From positions 3,815 to 67,814 of the forward strand of contig CAKUFK010000008.1 in the NCBI GenBank assembly GCA_934647945.1: DNA of 64,000 nucleotides. The letters are read 5' to 3'. The stretch comes from an uncultured Eubacteriales bacterium. Lineage in GTDB: Bacteria; Bacillota; Clostridia; Oscillospirales; Acutalibacteraceae. This document shows positions 53,627-63,351 of the stretch, piece after piece. The notes beneath the pieces were generated by a model. The model saw nothing but the letters and a program-made list of their open reading frames with translations. It had not been told where the DNA came from and did not search any database. A program made the position numbers and the translations under genes. Position 1 is the stretch's first letter. Each line of letters begins with the position of its first letter.

Positions 53627-53909
53627 GAATGCGGTTTTGTGCCCCATATTGCCGCCATGCCGGGAGCCCAAAATACCCCATTTTGATCAGCATAGCATAT
53701 GAGGACAAAAAGGGCAAGGTACCCGCATACGAAAACAGTTCGGGAAAAACGAATCCCGTTTTCCGAATCTCGGACCTCTGATACACAGTCCTGTATCAAA
53801 GGGGGCAGATAACCACGACCCGCTTTGGCATTATAGGGGGGCTACTCTCGCCTTTGCGGAAGTCTATCAAAGAGGCGGGTTTACCATCTGGCACCCCGCC
53901 TCTTCTACA

Positions 53910-54311
53910 TTATGGGCAACCGGAGGGGCCGTTCACCGCGGCAGATTGGATCTTGCCGACCTTTTGTCGAATATCGCGGTTGAACGCCTCGCGTTGGTCC
54001 TCGGTGTAGGTCCTGGCCCCCCGCAGGAGCTCATCACAGAACGCAGCCACGTCCTCGCCGGTTATCTCGAGCACCCGCTTTCCGTCCGCCGCGCCCGATT
54101 CAAACAGCTCCAACAAATCGGCATGGATTTTCATCATATCGTAACCGGCCCCTGCCGCGAACATCCACATGCGTTCCTGTATTTTCTTGAATACGTACCG
54201 GTACTCATGGGGCAGCTCCTCCACCCTCGCCATCTGTTCCCTGTACTCCCGCTTACTTTGCACCATTTTTTTGATATTGAGATACTCGTCGAAAAACGTG
54301 GATATAGACAT
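53910..54311 (-). CDS. DUF1048-family protein (partner of PadR regulators)
   Basis: 133 aa. KREYREQMARVEELPHEYRYVFKKIQERMW...ELFESGAADGKRVLEITGEDVAAFCDELL is the typical DUF1048 pattern. It sits immediately downstream of a PadR gene. Confidence 0.7.
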   Translation of the reverse strand: MSISTFFDEYLNIKKMVQSKREYREQMARVEELPHEYRYVFKKIQERMWMFAAGAGYDMMKIHADLLELFESGAADGKRVLEITGEDVAAFCDELLRGARTYTEDQREAFNRDIRQKVGKIQSAAVNGPSGCP

Positions 54312-54315
54312 ATGT

Positions 54316-54636
54316 TCATCTCCCTTTCAGTCGATGGATGGTAGAGGCCAGAAACTCCCATTTCTCCCAAAACAGGCGTAGTTCCTCGCGGCCCGCGTCA
54401 TTGAGCGCGTAGAATTTCCGCGGCGGCCCCATCGCGGAGGGCTTTTTCTCGATTTCCACAAGCCGGTTCCGTTCGAGGCGGAGTAAAATGGTGTAGACCG
54501 TCCCTTCCACCACCTCCGTAAATCCCATTTCATTTAACTGTCGCGTGATTTCATACCCGTAGGTCTCTTTACGGCTTATAATTTCCAGAACACAGCCTTC
54601 CAATACCCCTTTGAGCATTTCGGTCAGGTTTTCCAA
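54316..54636 (-). CDS. PadR-family transcriptional regulator
   Basis: Part of ORF 54316..54723. LKGVLEGCVLEIISRKETYGYEITRQLNEMGF..VVEGTVYTILLRLERNRLV is the PadR winged helix. The likely start is TTG 54636, after GAAGAGGGGGA. ATG 54618 is the alternative. Confidence 0.8.
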   Translation of the reverse strand: MENLTEMLKGVLEGCVLEIISRKETYGYEITRQLNEMGFTEVVEGTVYTILLRLERNRLVEIEKKPSAMGPPRKFYALNDAGREELRLFWEKWEFLASTIHRLKGR

Positions 54637-54905
54637 GAAATCCCCCTCTTCCGTATATTGTAACACAGTATACCGCAGTACTTGATACTGGTATATAGTA
54701 TAACATATTAGCTGGACTGTCAAGAGGAAAACGATGGATTACACCATCTCATTTTTACCCGCTTTCCTAATCTGGAAAAACGCCACGCCGCGGTTCGATA
54801 GGGCAATGGAGCTCTCTCCCTTCCCCACTCATCATGAAAAAACGGCATCCGTCCGCCTCCAAAAAAGGAAGCGGAGGGATGCCGTTGTGTACCGTCCCCA
54901 AAGCT

Positions 54906-55523
54906 TTAGCAGGTCTTTTTTCCGCAATTTTTATCAAAACTCGGGTTGCAGGCGTAGAAATTCTTGCTGTTGAGGTGGTCGGTCGCGATCCGGAGGCCTT
55001 CGCCGAAACGCTGGTAGTGGACGATCTCCCGTTCCCGCAGGAATTTCAGCGGATCGCGGACATCCGGGTCGTCAATGAGGCGGAGCAGGTTGTCGTACGT
55101 TGTACGGGCCTTCTGCTCGGCTGCCATATCCTCGTGCATGTCGCTGATGACATCGCCCTTGCTCTGGATATAGGCCGAGGTCCAAGGCGAGCCGGACGCG
55201 GCCTGCGGCCAGATGCCGGCGGTATGGTCGACGAAATAGGTATCAAAACCCGACTTCACGATTTCCTCGGGGGTGAGGTTTCGGGTGAGCTGATGCACCA
55301 TGGCGGCGATCATTTCAAAATGTGCCAATTCTTCGGTGCCGATGTCGGTGAGCAGTCCTTTGAGCTCCGCATACGGCATGGAATAGCGCTGGCTCAGGTA
55401 GCGCAGCGACGCGCTCATCTCTCCATCCGGGCCGCCGTACTGACTGATGATGATTTTGGCGTATTTCGGATTGGGACGGGCGATTTTGACCGGGTATTGC
55501 AGTTTTTTCTCATATTCCCACAT
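54906..55523 (-). CDS. cotJC: Spore coat protein CotJC (manganese-catalase family)
   Basis: 205 aa. MWEYEKKLQYPVKI..PNPKYAKIIISQYGGPDGEMSASLRYLSQRY and EELAHFEMIA are canonical. Confidence 0.9.
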   Translation of the reverse strand: MWEYEKKLQYPVKIARPNPKYAKIIISQYGGPDGEMSASLRYLSQRYSMPYAELKGLLTDIGTEELAHFEMIAAMVHQLTRNLTPEEIVKSGFDTYFVDHTAGIWPQAASGSPWTSAYIQSKGDVISDMHEDMAAEQKARTTYDNLLRLIDDPDVRDPLKFLREREIVHYQRFGEGLRIATDHLNSKNFYACNPSFDKNCGKKTC

Positions 55524-55526
55524 GGG

Positions 55527-55784
55527 TCAACCCTCCTTGCAGTAATCCCAGGGCCACGGATTGCATACCCATGCCCACCGGTCGCCGTTTACCTGATTGC
55601 TGGTGACGATATAAGGGCCGAACTGGCGCTCGTATTCCGCGACCAGGGCTGCCCGCTGATCTTGCAGTTCCTGGCGCTTTTCCAGGGCCTGCGCATCCTC
55701 ACAGTGGGTGTCTAAAAACAGCCCAAGCTCCAGAATCGAGAAATCGTAGGCGTGAATACGGCAGCGCATCGTTTTCTCATCCAC
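55527..55784 (-). CDS. cotJB: Spore coat protein CotJB
   Basis: 85 aa. RIHAYDFSILELGLFLDTH is the CotJB signature. The C-terminus reads NPWPWDY. Confidence 0.85.
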   Translation of the reverse strand: MDEKTMRCRIHAYDFSILELGLFLDTHCEDAQALEKRQELQDQRAALVAEYERQFGPYIVTSNQVNGDRWAWVCNPWPWDYCKEG

Positions 55785-56082
55785 AGTTAACCCCTCCTAC
55801 CAGCCAAGGTTTGTTCAGTTCGGGGAAGATGGTTCCCTGGCAGAAGCCCTCTTCCGGATCATACAGGGTGTTCAGCACCTGCATCGGTACATACGCCATG
55901 GCCAGTACCATCGGCTGGCCGTCCGGGGTGTATTCCACCGGCGCCGGTGCCGGTACCGCTGCCGCTCTGCAGGATGCCTGACCGTTTCCGGGGCAGTGTC
56001 CGGAACGGTTCATCATGCGGGGCATGTAATAGTGGTTCATGCCGCATTGCTTGTTTTCCAAAGCACATACTCTCCTTTTCAT
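55777..56082 (-). CDS. cotJA: Spore coat-associated protein CotJA
   Basis: C-terminal LAMAYVPMQVLNTLYDPEEGFCQGTIFPELNKPW is the CotJA motif. It overlaps the cotJB start by 8 nt. The true start is uncertain: AAAGGAGAG precedes an in-frame TTG at 56061. Confidence 0.7.
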   Translation of the reverse strand: MKRRVCALENKQCGMNHYYMPRMMNRSGHCPGNGQASCRAAAVPAPAPVEYTPDGQPMVLAMAYVPMQVLNTLYDPEEGFCQGTIFPELNKPWLVGGVNCG

Positions 56083-56276
56083 TCGATTGTAGGGGGCGAT
56101 CCTCTATCAGTTTATGAGCGTGTCCCGGATTGGTGCCATCCGGTTTCCCGGCCGGGAGACCGAAGGAACGCCGATCCCGGCCGATTACATAAAGAAAAAG
56201 TCCGGAATGGCTGGCGTTTTAGAAAAAAAAGGTGTATACTGGTCAAAGTAGATTTTACATGAAGGGATGATCGAAA

Positions 56277-57005
56277 ATGAATGTCAGAGTCTATGCGGAC
56301 ACGGAAGCCATCGGCACCGCCGGCGCCACCCTGTTCGCCGCCACCGTGATCGCCAAGCCGGATTGTGTTTTTGGACTGGCCACCGGCTCCACGCCGGTTC
56401 CCACCTATCGGAAAATGGCGGAGTTATACCAGGCGGGCGCGGTGGATTACTCCCGTGTGACCACCTTCAACCTGGACGAATATGTGGGACTCGGGCACGA
56501 GCACGATCAGAGCTATTACTATTTCATGCACGACAACCTGTTCCAGCATATCAATATCCCCGAAGAGAGCATCCATGTCCTCTCCGGTACCGCGGACGAT
56601 CTGGAAAAGGAATGCGCCGACTATGATGCTATGATCGACCGCGCGGGCGGGATCGACCTGCAGATCCTCGGCATCGGCCGGAACGGCCACATCGCTTTCA
56701 ATGAGCCCACTACGGTTTTCCCCCCGAAGACCCATATCGTGGATTTGACCGAAAGCACCATCGACGCCAACAAACGGTTCTTCGCCGATGTAAGGGACGT
56801 TCCCCGTCAGGCGCTGACCATGGGAATCGGGTCGATCATGAAGGCCCGGGCCATCCTGATTATTGCCACCGGGGCGGATAAGGCCCAGGCGGTCAAAGAT
56901 ATGATCCAAGGGCCGGTGGATCCGCAGTGCCCGGCGTCCATCCTGCAATTGCACCCGGACGTCACGGTCATGCTGGACGCCCCCGCGGCCTCCCTGCTCG
57001 GATAA
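56277..57005 (+). CDS. nagB: Glucosamine-6-phosphate deaminase
   Basis: 242 aa. FGLATGSTP...FNLDEYVGL...ILGIGRNGHIAFNEP are canonical NagB motifs. Confidence 0.93.
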   Translation: MNVRVYADTEAIGTAGATLFAATVIAKPDCVFGLATGSTPVPTYRKMAELYQAGAVDYSRVTTFNLDEYVGLGHEHDQSYYYFMHDNLFQHINIPEESIHVLSGTADDLEKECADYDAMIDRAGGIDLQILGIGRNGHIAFNEPTTVFPPKTHIVDLTESTIDANKRFFADVRDVPRQALTMGIGSIMKARAILIIATGADKAQAVKDMIQGPVDPQCPASILQLHPDVTVMLDAPAASLLG

Positions 57006-57017
57006 TCCTCCAATCAG

Positions 57018-57056
57018 AACCGGATTGCGTATTTTACGATATGCAATCCGGTTTTT
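57018..57056 (+). terminator. Intrinsic terminator after nagB
   Basis: AACCGGATTGC...GCAATCCGGTT followed by TTTCC. Confidence 0.7.
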
Positions 57057-57068
57057 CCCATCGTCACG

Positions 57069-57383
57069 GTGAAAGGGGTGTTCATCATCGGTTACATCAT
57101 AGGGATCGTGATAGGCGCTGTCCTCACGCTGGCCGGGTCGTTGTTGTCCTCATCGCGAACATGGGAGTTTCTGAACGGCTCCAAACGGGAGGGGCTGGTG
57201 GAGGAAAGCCTATACACCCGGCGGCTGGGTACCTGCATCGGCGTGGAAGGCATCTTGATCGCCATTCTATCCGGCATATGTATGGAACGCGGCACCCCTA
57301 TTCCTCTGCTGATTGTCGCCCCGGTCAGCGTAATCGTGTGCGGCGTCTGCCTGTATTTCATACACAAGAATAAACCCACATAA
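57069..57383 (+). CDS. Small hypothetical membrane protein (3 predicted TMs)
   Basis: 104 aa with a GTG start. Hydrophobic segments are VFIIGYIIGIVIGAVLTLAGSLL, GTCIGVEGILIAILSGI and PLLIVAPVSVIVCGVCLYF. Confidence 0.45.
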   Translation: MKGVFIIGYIIGIVIGAVLTLAGSLLSSSRTWEFLNGSKREGLVEESLYTRRLGTCIGVEGILIAILSGICMERGTPIPLLIVAPVSVIVCGVCLYFIHKNKPT

Positions 57384-57506
57384 AATCCGGAATCCCTTCG
57401 GTTTCTCCATATGCGCCCTCCCCTGCCCGGCCGGACAATTGACAGGGTGGACCGGACATGGTACCATATATAGGAGAACGGTGTATGGGGCAGGAGGAGA
57501 ATCCCT

Positions 57507-58466
57507 ATGGCTCTGCTGAGCGTCATCATCCCCTCGTTCAACGAGGAATCCAATATCCGCAACACAGTCGACACGCTGTCCGCCGTGCTGCAGCGGGAGC
57601 ATATCGCCTATGAGCTGCTCTTTGTCAGCGACGGCTCCAAAGATCAGACGTTTCCCCTCATCCGCAGCGCTTCTTTGCAGGACAACCGGGTGCGTGGGGT
57701 CCAGTTCAGCCGGAATTTTGGAAAGGAAGCCGCGATTTTCGCCGGCCTGCGGCTGGCCGAGGGTGATTGCTGTGTGGTGATCGACTGCGACCTGCAGCAT
57801 CCGCCTGAGACGATACCGCGGATGTATCGGTTATGGGAACAAGGGTACGAGGTGGTCGAGGGAATTAAGAGCAGCCGCGGCAGGGAGAAACTGTCCTACA
57901 AGCTCTCCTCCGGTGTGTTTTACAAGCTGCTCGGCAAGCTGACAGGAGTCGATATGTCCGACTCATCGGATTTCAAGCTGCTCGACCGGAAGGTGGTCGA
58001 TGTCCTCAACAGTCTGCCCGAGCGCAACACCTTCTTCCGCGCGCTTTCCTTCTGGGCGGGATTTCGCTCCACACGTGTCGAATATGAGGTGGCCGAGCGG
58101 AAGTACGGCCAGTCGAAATGGTCGCTCAAGGGGTTGTGGAAATACGCCGTTTCCAACATCACCTCGTTTTCCTCCGCGCCCATGCAGCTGGTGACGGGGC
58201 TTGGGATCCTGCTGCTCATCCTGTCCGTGGTGTTGGGCGTCCAGACACTCGTGAAATACTTCACCCATCAGGCGGTGGAGGGGTTTACGACGGTGATCCT
58301 CCTTTTACTCATCATCGGCGGGGTGCTGATGATGAGCCTCGGTATCATCGGCTATTACATCTCCAAAATTTACGATGAGGTCAAAGGCCGTCCCCGGTAC
58401 ATCATCGGGGACATAACCGACAACCTGCACATCCCGGCCGCGTCCGAAGAGTCCCGGCCGGATTGA
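57507..58466 (+). CDS. GT2-family polyprenyl-phosphate glycosyltransferase (GtrB/ArnC/DPM1-like)
   Basis: 319 aa. LSVIIPSFNEE...FVSDGSKD...NFGKEAAIFAGL...VVIDCDLQHPP, plus two C-terminal TMs. Confidence 0.88.
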   Translation: MALLSVIIPSFNEESNIRNTVDTLSAVLQREHIAYELLFVSDGSKDQTFPLIRSASLQDNRVRGVQFSRNFGKEAAIFAGLRLAEGDCCVVIDCDLQHPPETIPRMYRLWEQGYEVVEGIKSSRGREKLSYKLSSGVFYKLLGKLTGVDMSDSSDFKLLDRKVVDVLNSLPERNTFFRALSFWAGFRSTRVEYEVAERKYGQSKWSLKGLWKYAVSNITSFSSAPMQLVTGLGILLLILSVVLGVQTLVKYFTHQAVEGFTTVILLLLIIGGVLMMSLGIIGYYISKIYDEVKGRPRYIIGDITDNLHIPAASEESRPD

Positions 58467-58573
58467 ACAGGAAACCATATACGAGAACCCCGGCCCACAT
58501 AACGAACAGGCCCTTTGTTTCTCTCCTGCTTTACAAGGATGTTTAAGAGCAAGAGGGAAACCGGGCATAAGGT

Positions 58574-58611
58574 GACAGACAGGCGGAGATTTCCGTCTGT
58601 CTGTCTTTTTT
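58574..58611 (+). terminator. Intrinsic terminator downstream of the GT2 gene
   Basis: GACAGACAGGCGGA-loop-TCCGTCTGTCTGTC followed by TTTTTT. Confidence 0.65.
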
Positions 58612-58858
58612 CCTCAATCGCCAGCATACGTAAGGTGAGACAAGAAAACTACACGGCAAACCGCGGAAGCACGGTTTGGAATATAGTCAATTTATCCAAC
58701 AATCGTTGGTATATTTTTATCATAAATTGAGAATTCCGCCAAATATCACAGATGTCTTTCATGTTTCGTTAGATTATCTTGTGGGGTGAACAGATAAAAG
58801 ACAGATTTACAAATAGCAGTGCCTCGTGAAAGCATCTTAATCGAGTATTTTAACAAAG

Positions 58859-58894
58859 TAAGGCGTCATCGTTTCATGAAACGATGACGCCTTA
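58859..58894. terminator. Palindromic hairpin downstream of tsf
   Basis: TAAGGCGTCATCGTTTCATGAAACGATGACGCCTTA, a perfect palindrome. Confidence 0.6.
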
Positions 58895-58948
58895 AACATC
58901 CATATGAAATTGGCTTGCTGGAGCAGGCCTGTTCGTTATATGGGATTC

Positions 58949-59872
58949 TTATTTGACCATACCGGCCACTTCGGCGGCAAAATCGTCCTCGCGCTTCTGG
59001 AGGCCCTCGCCCTTCTCAAAGCGGACGAAGTCCACAACCTTCATAGCCCCGCCGGCCGCCTTGGCACACTCGGCCACATACTGCTCAACCGTAAGGTCGC
59101 CGTTTTTGACGAACGCCTGCTGCATCAGGCAGTTGTTCTCATAGAATTTGCCGATCCGGCCATCCACCATTTTCTGCACGATCGCGTCCGGCTTGTTCGC
59201 GTTTTTGGGATCGTTTTTGATCTGCGCGACCAGGATTTCTTTTTCTTTTTCGATATCCGCAGCCGGCACAGATTCCTTGTTCAGGTAAGTGGCGTTGAGC
59301 GCGGCAATCTGCATCGCCACATCCTTGCCGCATTCTTTGAGTGCATCGGATCCGCTTGCAGCCGCGTCAGCCTCGAACCGGACCAGCACACCGATCCGAC
59401 CGCCGCCGTGGACATAGGCCACACAGTCGCCCTCATACCGGACAAACCGGCGGATGCTCAGATTCTCGCCGATGACGAGAATCTTATCCCGCAGGGCGTC
59501 GGCCACCGTCAGGCCTCCTTCAAAGGGAAGCGCCAGCAGCGCGGCGACATCGGCCGGGTTCTTGTCGGCAATCACATCGGCGACCGCCTTGACAAACGCC
59601 TGGAAATCGGCATTTTTGGCCACGAAATCGGTCTCGGAATTGACCTCGACCACAACACCGACCTTTTTGGCGTCGTCCACAGCCGCATAAACCAACCCCT
59701 CGGCCGCGATGCGGGAGGCCTTTTTCGCCGCGGCGGCGAGCCCTTTTTCACGCAGGATATCGATAGCCTTCTCCATATCGCCGTCCGTCTCGGTCAGCGC
59801 TTTTTTACAATCCATCATACCGACACCGGTTCTCTCACGCAGCGTCTGCACATCTTTTGCTGTAAATGCCAT
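58949..59872 (-). CDS. tsf: Translation elongation factor Ts
   Basis: 307 aa. MAFTAKDVQTLRERTGVGMMDCKKALTETDGDMEKAIDILREKG is the canonical UBA-like N-terminus. Confidence 0.95.
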   Translation of the reverse strand: MAFTAKDVQTLRERTGVGMMDCKKALTETDGDMEKAIDILREKGLAAAAKKASRIAAEGLVYAAVDDAKKVGVVVEVNSETDFVAKNADFQAFVKAVADVIADKNPADVAALLALPFEGGLTVADALRDKILVIGENLSIRRFVRYEGDCVAYVHGGGRIGVLVRFEADAAASGSDALKECGKDVAMQIAALNATYLNKESVPAADIEKEKEILVAQIKNDPKNANKPDAIVQKMVDGRIGKFYENNCLMQQAFVKNGDLTVEQYVAECAKAAGGAMKVVDFVRFEKGEGLQKREDDFAAEVAGMVK

Positions 59873-59917
59873 TATATGACCAGTCCTTTCGCATATTCTG
59901 AATGTCGCAGGGAAGGA

Positions 59918-60670
59918 TTATTTCGCTTCGGCAGCCGGTTCTTCAGCAGCCTTTTCCGCCGCGGCCTCATCTTCCGCCGCGTTGTCCTCGCCCTGGCGGC
60001 CCTCAAGAATGGCGTTGGCCATGGTACCGGCAATCAGCTTGACGGCGCGGATCGCGTCGTCGTTGCCGGGAATGATATAGTCGACGTCGTCCGGATCGCA
60101 GTTGGTATCCACGATGGCCACGATCGGGATGCCGAGCTTCTTCGCTTCGGCGACAGCGATCTTCTCTTTGCGGGGATCGACGATGAACAGGGCGCCGGGA
60201 ATCTTATTCATGCCCTTGATACCGCCGAGGAATTTTTCCAGTTTTTCGATCTCGTGGTTGAGCTTGATGACTTCCTTCTTCGGCAGCAGATCGAAGGTAC
60301 CGTCCTCCGCCATGGCCTTGAGCTGACTCAAGCGGGTGATCCGGCCGCGGATGGTCCGGAAGTTGGTGAGCATGCCGCCCAGCCAGCGCGCATTGACATA
60401 AAAAGCGCCGGAACGTTCCGCTTCCTCACGGATGGAATCCTGCGCCTGCTTTTTGGTGCCGACGAACAGAACCGATTCCCCCTTGGCCGACAGATCGCGC
60501 ACAAACATGTACGCCTCCTCCAGCTTGCGGACGGTCTTCTGCAGGTCAATGATATAGATGCCGTTGCGCTCGGTAAAAATGTAGGGGGCCATCTTGGGGT
60601 TCCAGCGCCGGGTCTGATGTCCGAAATGGACGCCCGCCTCGAGCAATTGTTTCATGGATACGACTGCCAT
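59918..60670 (-). CDS. rpsB: 30S ribosomal protein S2
   Basis: Part of ORF 59918..60811. Start at ATG 60670, after [41 protein letters not shown]. Confidence 0.95.
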   Translation of the reverse strand: MAVVSMKQLLEAGVHFGHQTRRWNPKMAPYIFTERNGIYIIDLQKTVRKLEEAYMFVRDLSAKGESVLFVGTKKQAQDSIREEAERSGAFYVNARWLGGMLTNFRTIRGRITRLSQLKAMAEDGTFDLLPKKEVIKLNHEIEKLEKFLGGIKGMNKIPGALFIVDPRKEKIAVAEAKKLGIPIVAIVDTNCDPDDVDYIIPGNDDAIRAVKLIAGTMANAILEGRQGEDNAAEDEAAAEKAAEEPAAEAK

Positions 60671-60910
60671 AATGCAAAATCCTCCTTTGGTTTTACCCTC
60701 TGCAGGAGCTGCACGCCAAATGTGATTTTTGACGGCATCTCCGCCAACCGCAGTCTGCGGCACCCGGCGGAGCAACGCTCCCGCATGTGTTTTGCCGCAA
60801 TAGTATACCACGGATACTGCAAAATGGCAAGCCTGCGCACGAATTTTGGCACTTTCACTCCATCGGAACCGGAAAGGCTCCGATTCTTGGGCAGATTCTA
60901 CGAGGGTCTG

Positions 60911-61222
60911 TTATTTTCCGCCGAATATGCCGCCCAGAATCCCATTTTTCCTGGGTCTAGGACCGGGGCAGCAGGGAGGTAAGGGATGGTTGACCAGGAT
61001 GGTCTCCTCTCCAATCACCTCGATTTCCTTCCAGGAAATCACGATATCCTCGTCATGCCCCAGCAACCCCATGCATTTGGGTCGTCCATGCACGACGATG
61101 GAGACGAGCTGAGCCGTGCAGGTGTCTACCTCCACGTCGTCCACGCAGCCGATGCGGGTCCCGTCGCAGACGTTGATGACCTCTTTATCATGCATGTCCG
61201 TGATTCTGCAAAACATCTGCAT
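60911..61222 (-). CDS. YlmC/YmxH-family sporulation protein (PRC-barrel)
   Basis: 103 aa. ITDMHDKEVINVCDGTRIGCVDDVEVDTCTAQLVSIVVHG...ISWKEIEVIGEETILV matches the YlmC/YmxH pattern. Confidence 0.8.
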   Translation of the reverse strand: MQMFCRITDMHDKEVINVCDGTRIGCVDDVEVDTCTAQLVSIVVHGRPKCMGLLGHDEDIVISWKEIEVIGEETILVNHPLPPCCPGPRPRKNGILGGIFGGK

Positions 61223-61313
61223 GCCTCCTTTATACGCTCTTTTCTATCAAATCTATGCCCCGATCCGCCAGGATAGAACCAACGGATTTGAGAGGGGCTT
61301 CCAGCTTTTTACT

Positions 61314-61343
61314 GCATGTTTCTCCCTGGATATGGCAATAATG
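61314..61343 (+). promoter_or_regulatory. Candidate forespore (sigma-F/G type) promoter of sigG
   Basis: GCATG-15 nt-GGCAATAATG fits the B. subtilis sigma-F pattern as I recall it (GYATA-15-GGnnAnAHTR), with one deviation in the -35. It lies 38 nt upstream of the sigG ATG. Confidence 0.4.
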
Positions 61344-61380
61344 GAAATGCAATGCCATTTTCCGGAGAGGACGTGACCGT

Positions 61381-62148
61381 ATGTACAACAAGGTGGAAAT
61401 TTGCGGTGTCAACACGGCAAATTTGAAGGTTCTCAGCGAGAGTGAGAAGATGCGGTTGCTGAAGCTGAGCCGGGAGGGCGACAAAAAAGCGCGGGAGGAG
61501 CTGGTAAACGGCAATCTGCGGCTTGTGCTCAGCGTCATCCAGCGCTTTACCCAACGGGGGGAAAATCTGGACGATCTGTTTCAGGTGGGCTGCATCGGCC
61601 TGATCAAATCCATTGACAATTTCGACATGTCCCAAAACGTCCGGTTCTCCACCTACGCTGTCCCCATGATTATCGGCGAGATACGCCGCTACCTGCGGGA
61701 CAACAATTCCATCCGGATCAGCCGCTCCATGCGGGATACCGCCTACAAGGCCATGCAGGTCAAGGAACGGCTGACCACGCAAAATCTGCGGGAGCCGACA
61801 GTCGAGGAAATCGCCAAGGAGCTCGATCTCCCCCGGGAAGACATCGTCATGGCACTCGAATCCATCGTGGAGCCGGTTTCATTATATGAGCCGGTCTATT
61901 CGGACGGCGGGGATACCATCTACGTCATGGACCAGGTGGGGGATCATAACGACGACAACAACTGGCTGGACGAGATCGCACTGAAGGAAGCAATCCGGGG
62001 CCTCAACGACCGGGAAAAGAAGATCCTCAACCTGCGGTTTTTCAAAGGGATGACCCAGATCGAAGTATCAGCTGAAATCGGAATTTCACAGGCCCAGGTA
62101 TCCCGGCTGGAAAAAGGGGCCCTTGAACGGATAAAAAAGCAGATATAG
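61381..62148 (+). CDS. sigG: Sporulation sigma factor SigG
   Basis: 255 aa. MYNKVEICGVNTANLKVL...ELVNGNLRLVLSVIQRFTQRGENLDDLFQVGCIGLIKSIDNFDMSQNVRFSTYAVPMIIGEIRRYLRDNNSIRISRS is near-colinear with B. subtilis SigG. Confidence 0.88.
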   Translation: MYNKVEICGVNTANLKVLSESEKMRLLKLSREGDKKAREELVNGNLRLVLSVIQRFTQRGENLDDLFQVGCIGLIKSIDNFDMSQNVRFSTYAVPMIIGEIRRYLRDNNSIRISRSMRDTAYKAMQVKERLTTQNLREPTVEEIAKELDLPREDIVMALESIVEPVSLYEPVYSDGGDTIYVMDQVGDHNDDNNWLDEIALKEAIRGLNDREKKILNLRFFKGMTQIEVSAEIGISQAQVSRLEKGALERIKKQI

Positions 62149-62151
62149 CAC

Positions 62152-62188
62152 GAAACAACGCCTTGCCGGCCAGGCAAGGCGTTGTTTC
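62152..62188. terminator. 16-bp hairpin after sigG (no clear T-tract)
   Basis: GAAACAACGCCTTGCC-GGCCA-GGCAAGGCGTTGTTTC. Confidence 0.5.
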
Positions 62189-62363
62189 ATCCCAGGGGAT
62201 GTCTTTTTCAATCGAAATCTAGCACAAAAACGGCCCAAAATTTCAGAGACTTGGCCGGTTACCAAATTATGAGACGTTTTTAACACCACAAGCACCGGAA
62301 AGCGATTCCGTGGAGTCGGATGAAGAAACATCCCCTCTGCTTACGCAGAAGGGCTGTTTGCTT

Positions 62364-63326
62364 TTACAGAAAGATATTTTCCAGGATAAACGCCTGCAAA
62401 CGGCGGAGCATGGCGCTCTGGGTGAGTTGGGGATATGCGTAAACCATGGCTAGAAAATATCCGTACCATAGTTGAAAGTCCGGATATTTCGCATAATGAA
62501 GAAGCGACCGGCTGCGCAGCTTCCAGGGTTTGAGTCCCGCGTAGTGGATACCCCAAACCTTATCCGGAGATGGATAACCTCCAATAGAGGCGTAGCGCAG
62601 GTCCACATTTGTCCACCGCCCGGACCAAATCAGAGTAGCTAATTGCATCTCAGGCCAGGGAAATCGGCGGAATACCAGGTCTGCGATTTCCGGCTCCTCT
62701 ACAGCGCTCCATACCCGAAGGTACTCTTTCATATTGGGAGACAGGCACCACACCGCCGCGTTAACGCCCTGATTTTGAGGGTTTTCGGCCACACGATCGG
62801 TAATTTCTTTGGGGATCAGGGCGCCGTGGGGGACATCCCGGTAATGCCGGTGCCAGCACCATCCTTCCTCCCCTTCACTGTCCCGCTTGAAAGCACCCGA
62901 GCCGTCCCATTCCATGGCGAACCTTTTATCCTCCAGCAGAATTCCGGCCGGGGTACATAGGTCAAATAAGGAATCATACCGGGTAATGGGCAGCACATCC
63001 GCGTCCAACAGAAGGATTTTTTTATAATGAAGCGGCATATCTCCGTCCATACCTAGACGCAAGGCTTGAAACCGGGTCAGAAGGCTATCCCGATCCGTAC
63101 GTCCGCCAGTCACATGGCTGCGGCAGCGTATTTCACCGATTTCCAGAACATGGTGATATAAAACGCTCAACAGCCGCCGGGCCTCCTGTGAAACATCTCC
63201 GGTCACCAGGCAGACCAGGGGATACGGTGTTTCCTGGCAGCGCAAAGCGTAAGCCAGGGTGAGGGCGCCGGGTAAATATCCGTCGCCCCGCATAAGAAAG
63301 GTAACATAAGCCATGGGGCCATCCAT
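62364..63326 (-). CDS. GT8-family (glycogenin-like) glycosyltransferase
   Basis: 320 aa. AYVTFLMRGDGYLPGALTLAYAL, DxD in ILLLDADVL, NAAVWCL, and HYAGLKPW near the C-terminal third. Visibly lower GC than the bulk of the window. Confidence 0.82.
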   Translation of the reverse strand: MDGPMAYVTFLMRGDGYLPGALTLAYALRCQETPYPLVCLVTGDVSQEARRLLSVLYHHVLEIGEIRCRSHVTGGRTDRDSLLTRFQALRLGMDGDMPLHYKKILLLDADVLPITRYDSLFDLCTPAGILLEDKRFAMEWDGSGAFKRDSEGEEGWCWHRHYRDVPHGALIPKEITDRVAENPQNQGVNAAVWCLSPNMKEYLRVWSAVEEPEIADLVFRRFPWPEMQLATLIWSGRWTNVDLRYASIGGYPSPDKVWGIHYAGLKPWKLRSRSLLHYAKYPDFQLWYGYFLAMVYAYPQLTQSAMLRRLQAFILENIFL

Positions 63327-63351
63327 GGATTCCTCCTCTTCTGGGAGGAAT
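63325..63351 (-). promoter_or_regulatory. 10-bp hairpin that would sequester the GT8 Shine-Dalgarno sequence
   Basis: Minus-strand RNA GGAUUCCUCC-CAGAAGA-GGAGGAAUCC, immediately followed by AUG. The 3' arm is the SD. Confidence 0.35.

Noticed and set aside
54668-54696. Inverted repeat TATACC-N15-GGTATA upstream of the PadR gene as an autoregulatory operator
   Set aside because: The 6-bp arms are short and lie in AT-rich DNA. This is ordinary for PadR autoregulation and not novel, so it is not listed as a feature.
56083-56125. Sigma-E-like promoter upstream of cotJA (TCATAAA...CCTACAAT)
   Set aside because: The spacer is ~16 nt, not the ~14 I recall for sigma-E. The -10 would also sit only 4 nt from the annotated ATG. 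It is plausible but not supportable without 5'-end data.
58904-60982. 692-aa plus-strand ORF
   Set aside because: It is antisense to tsf and rpsB.
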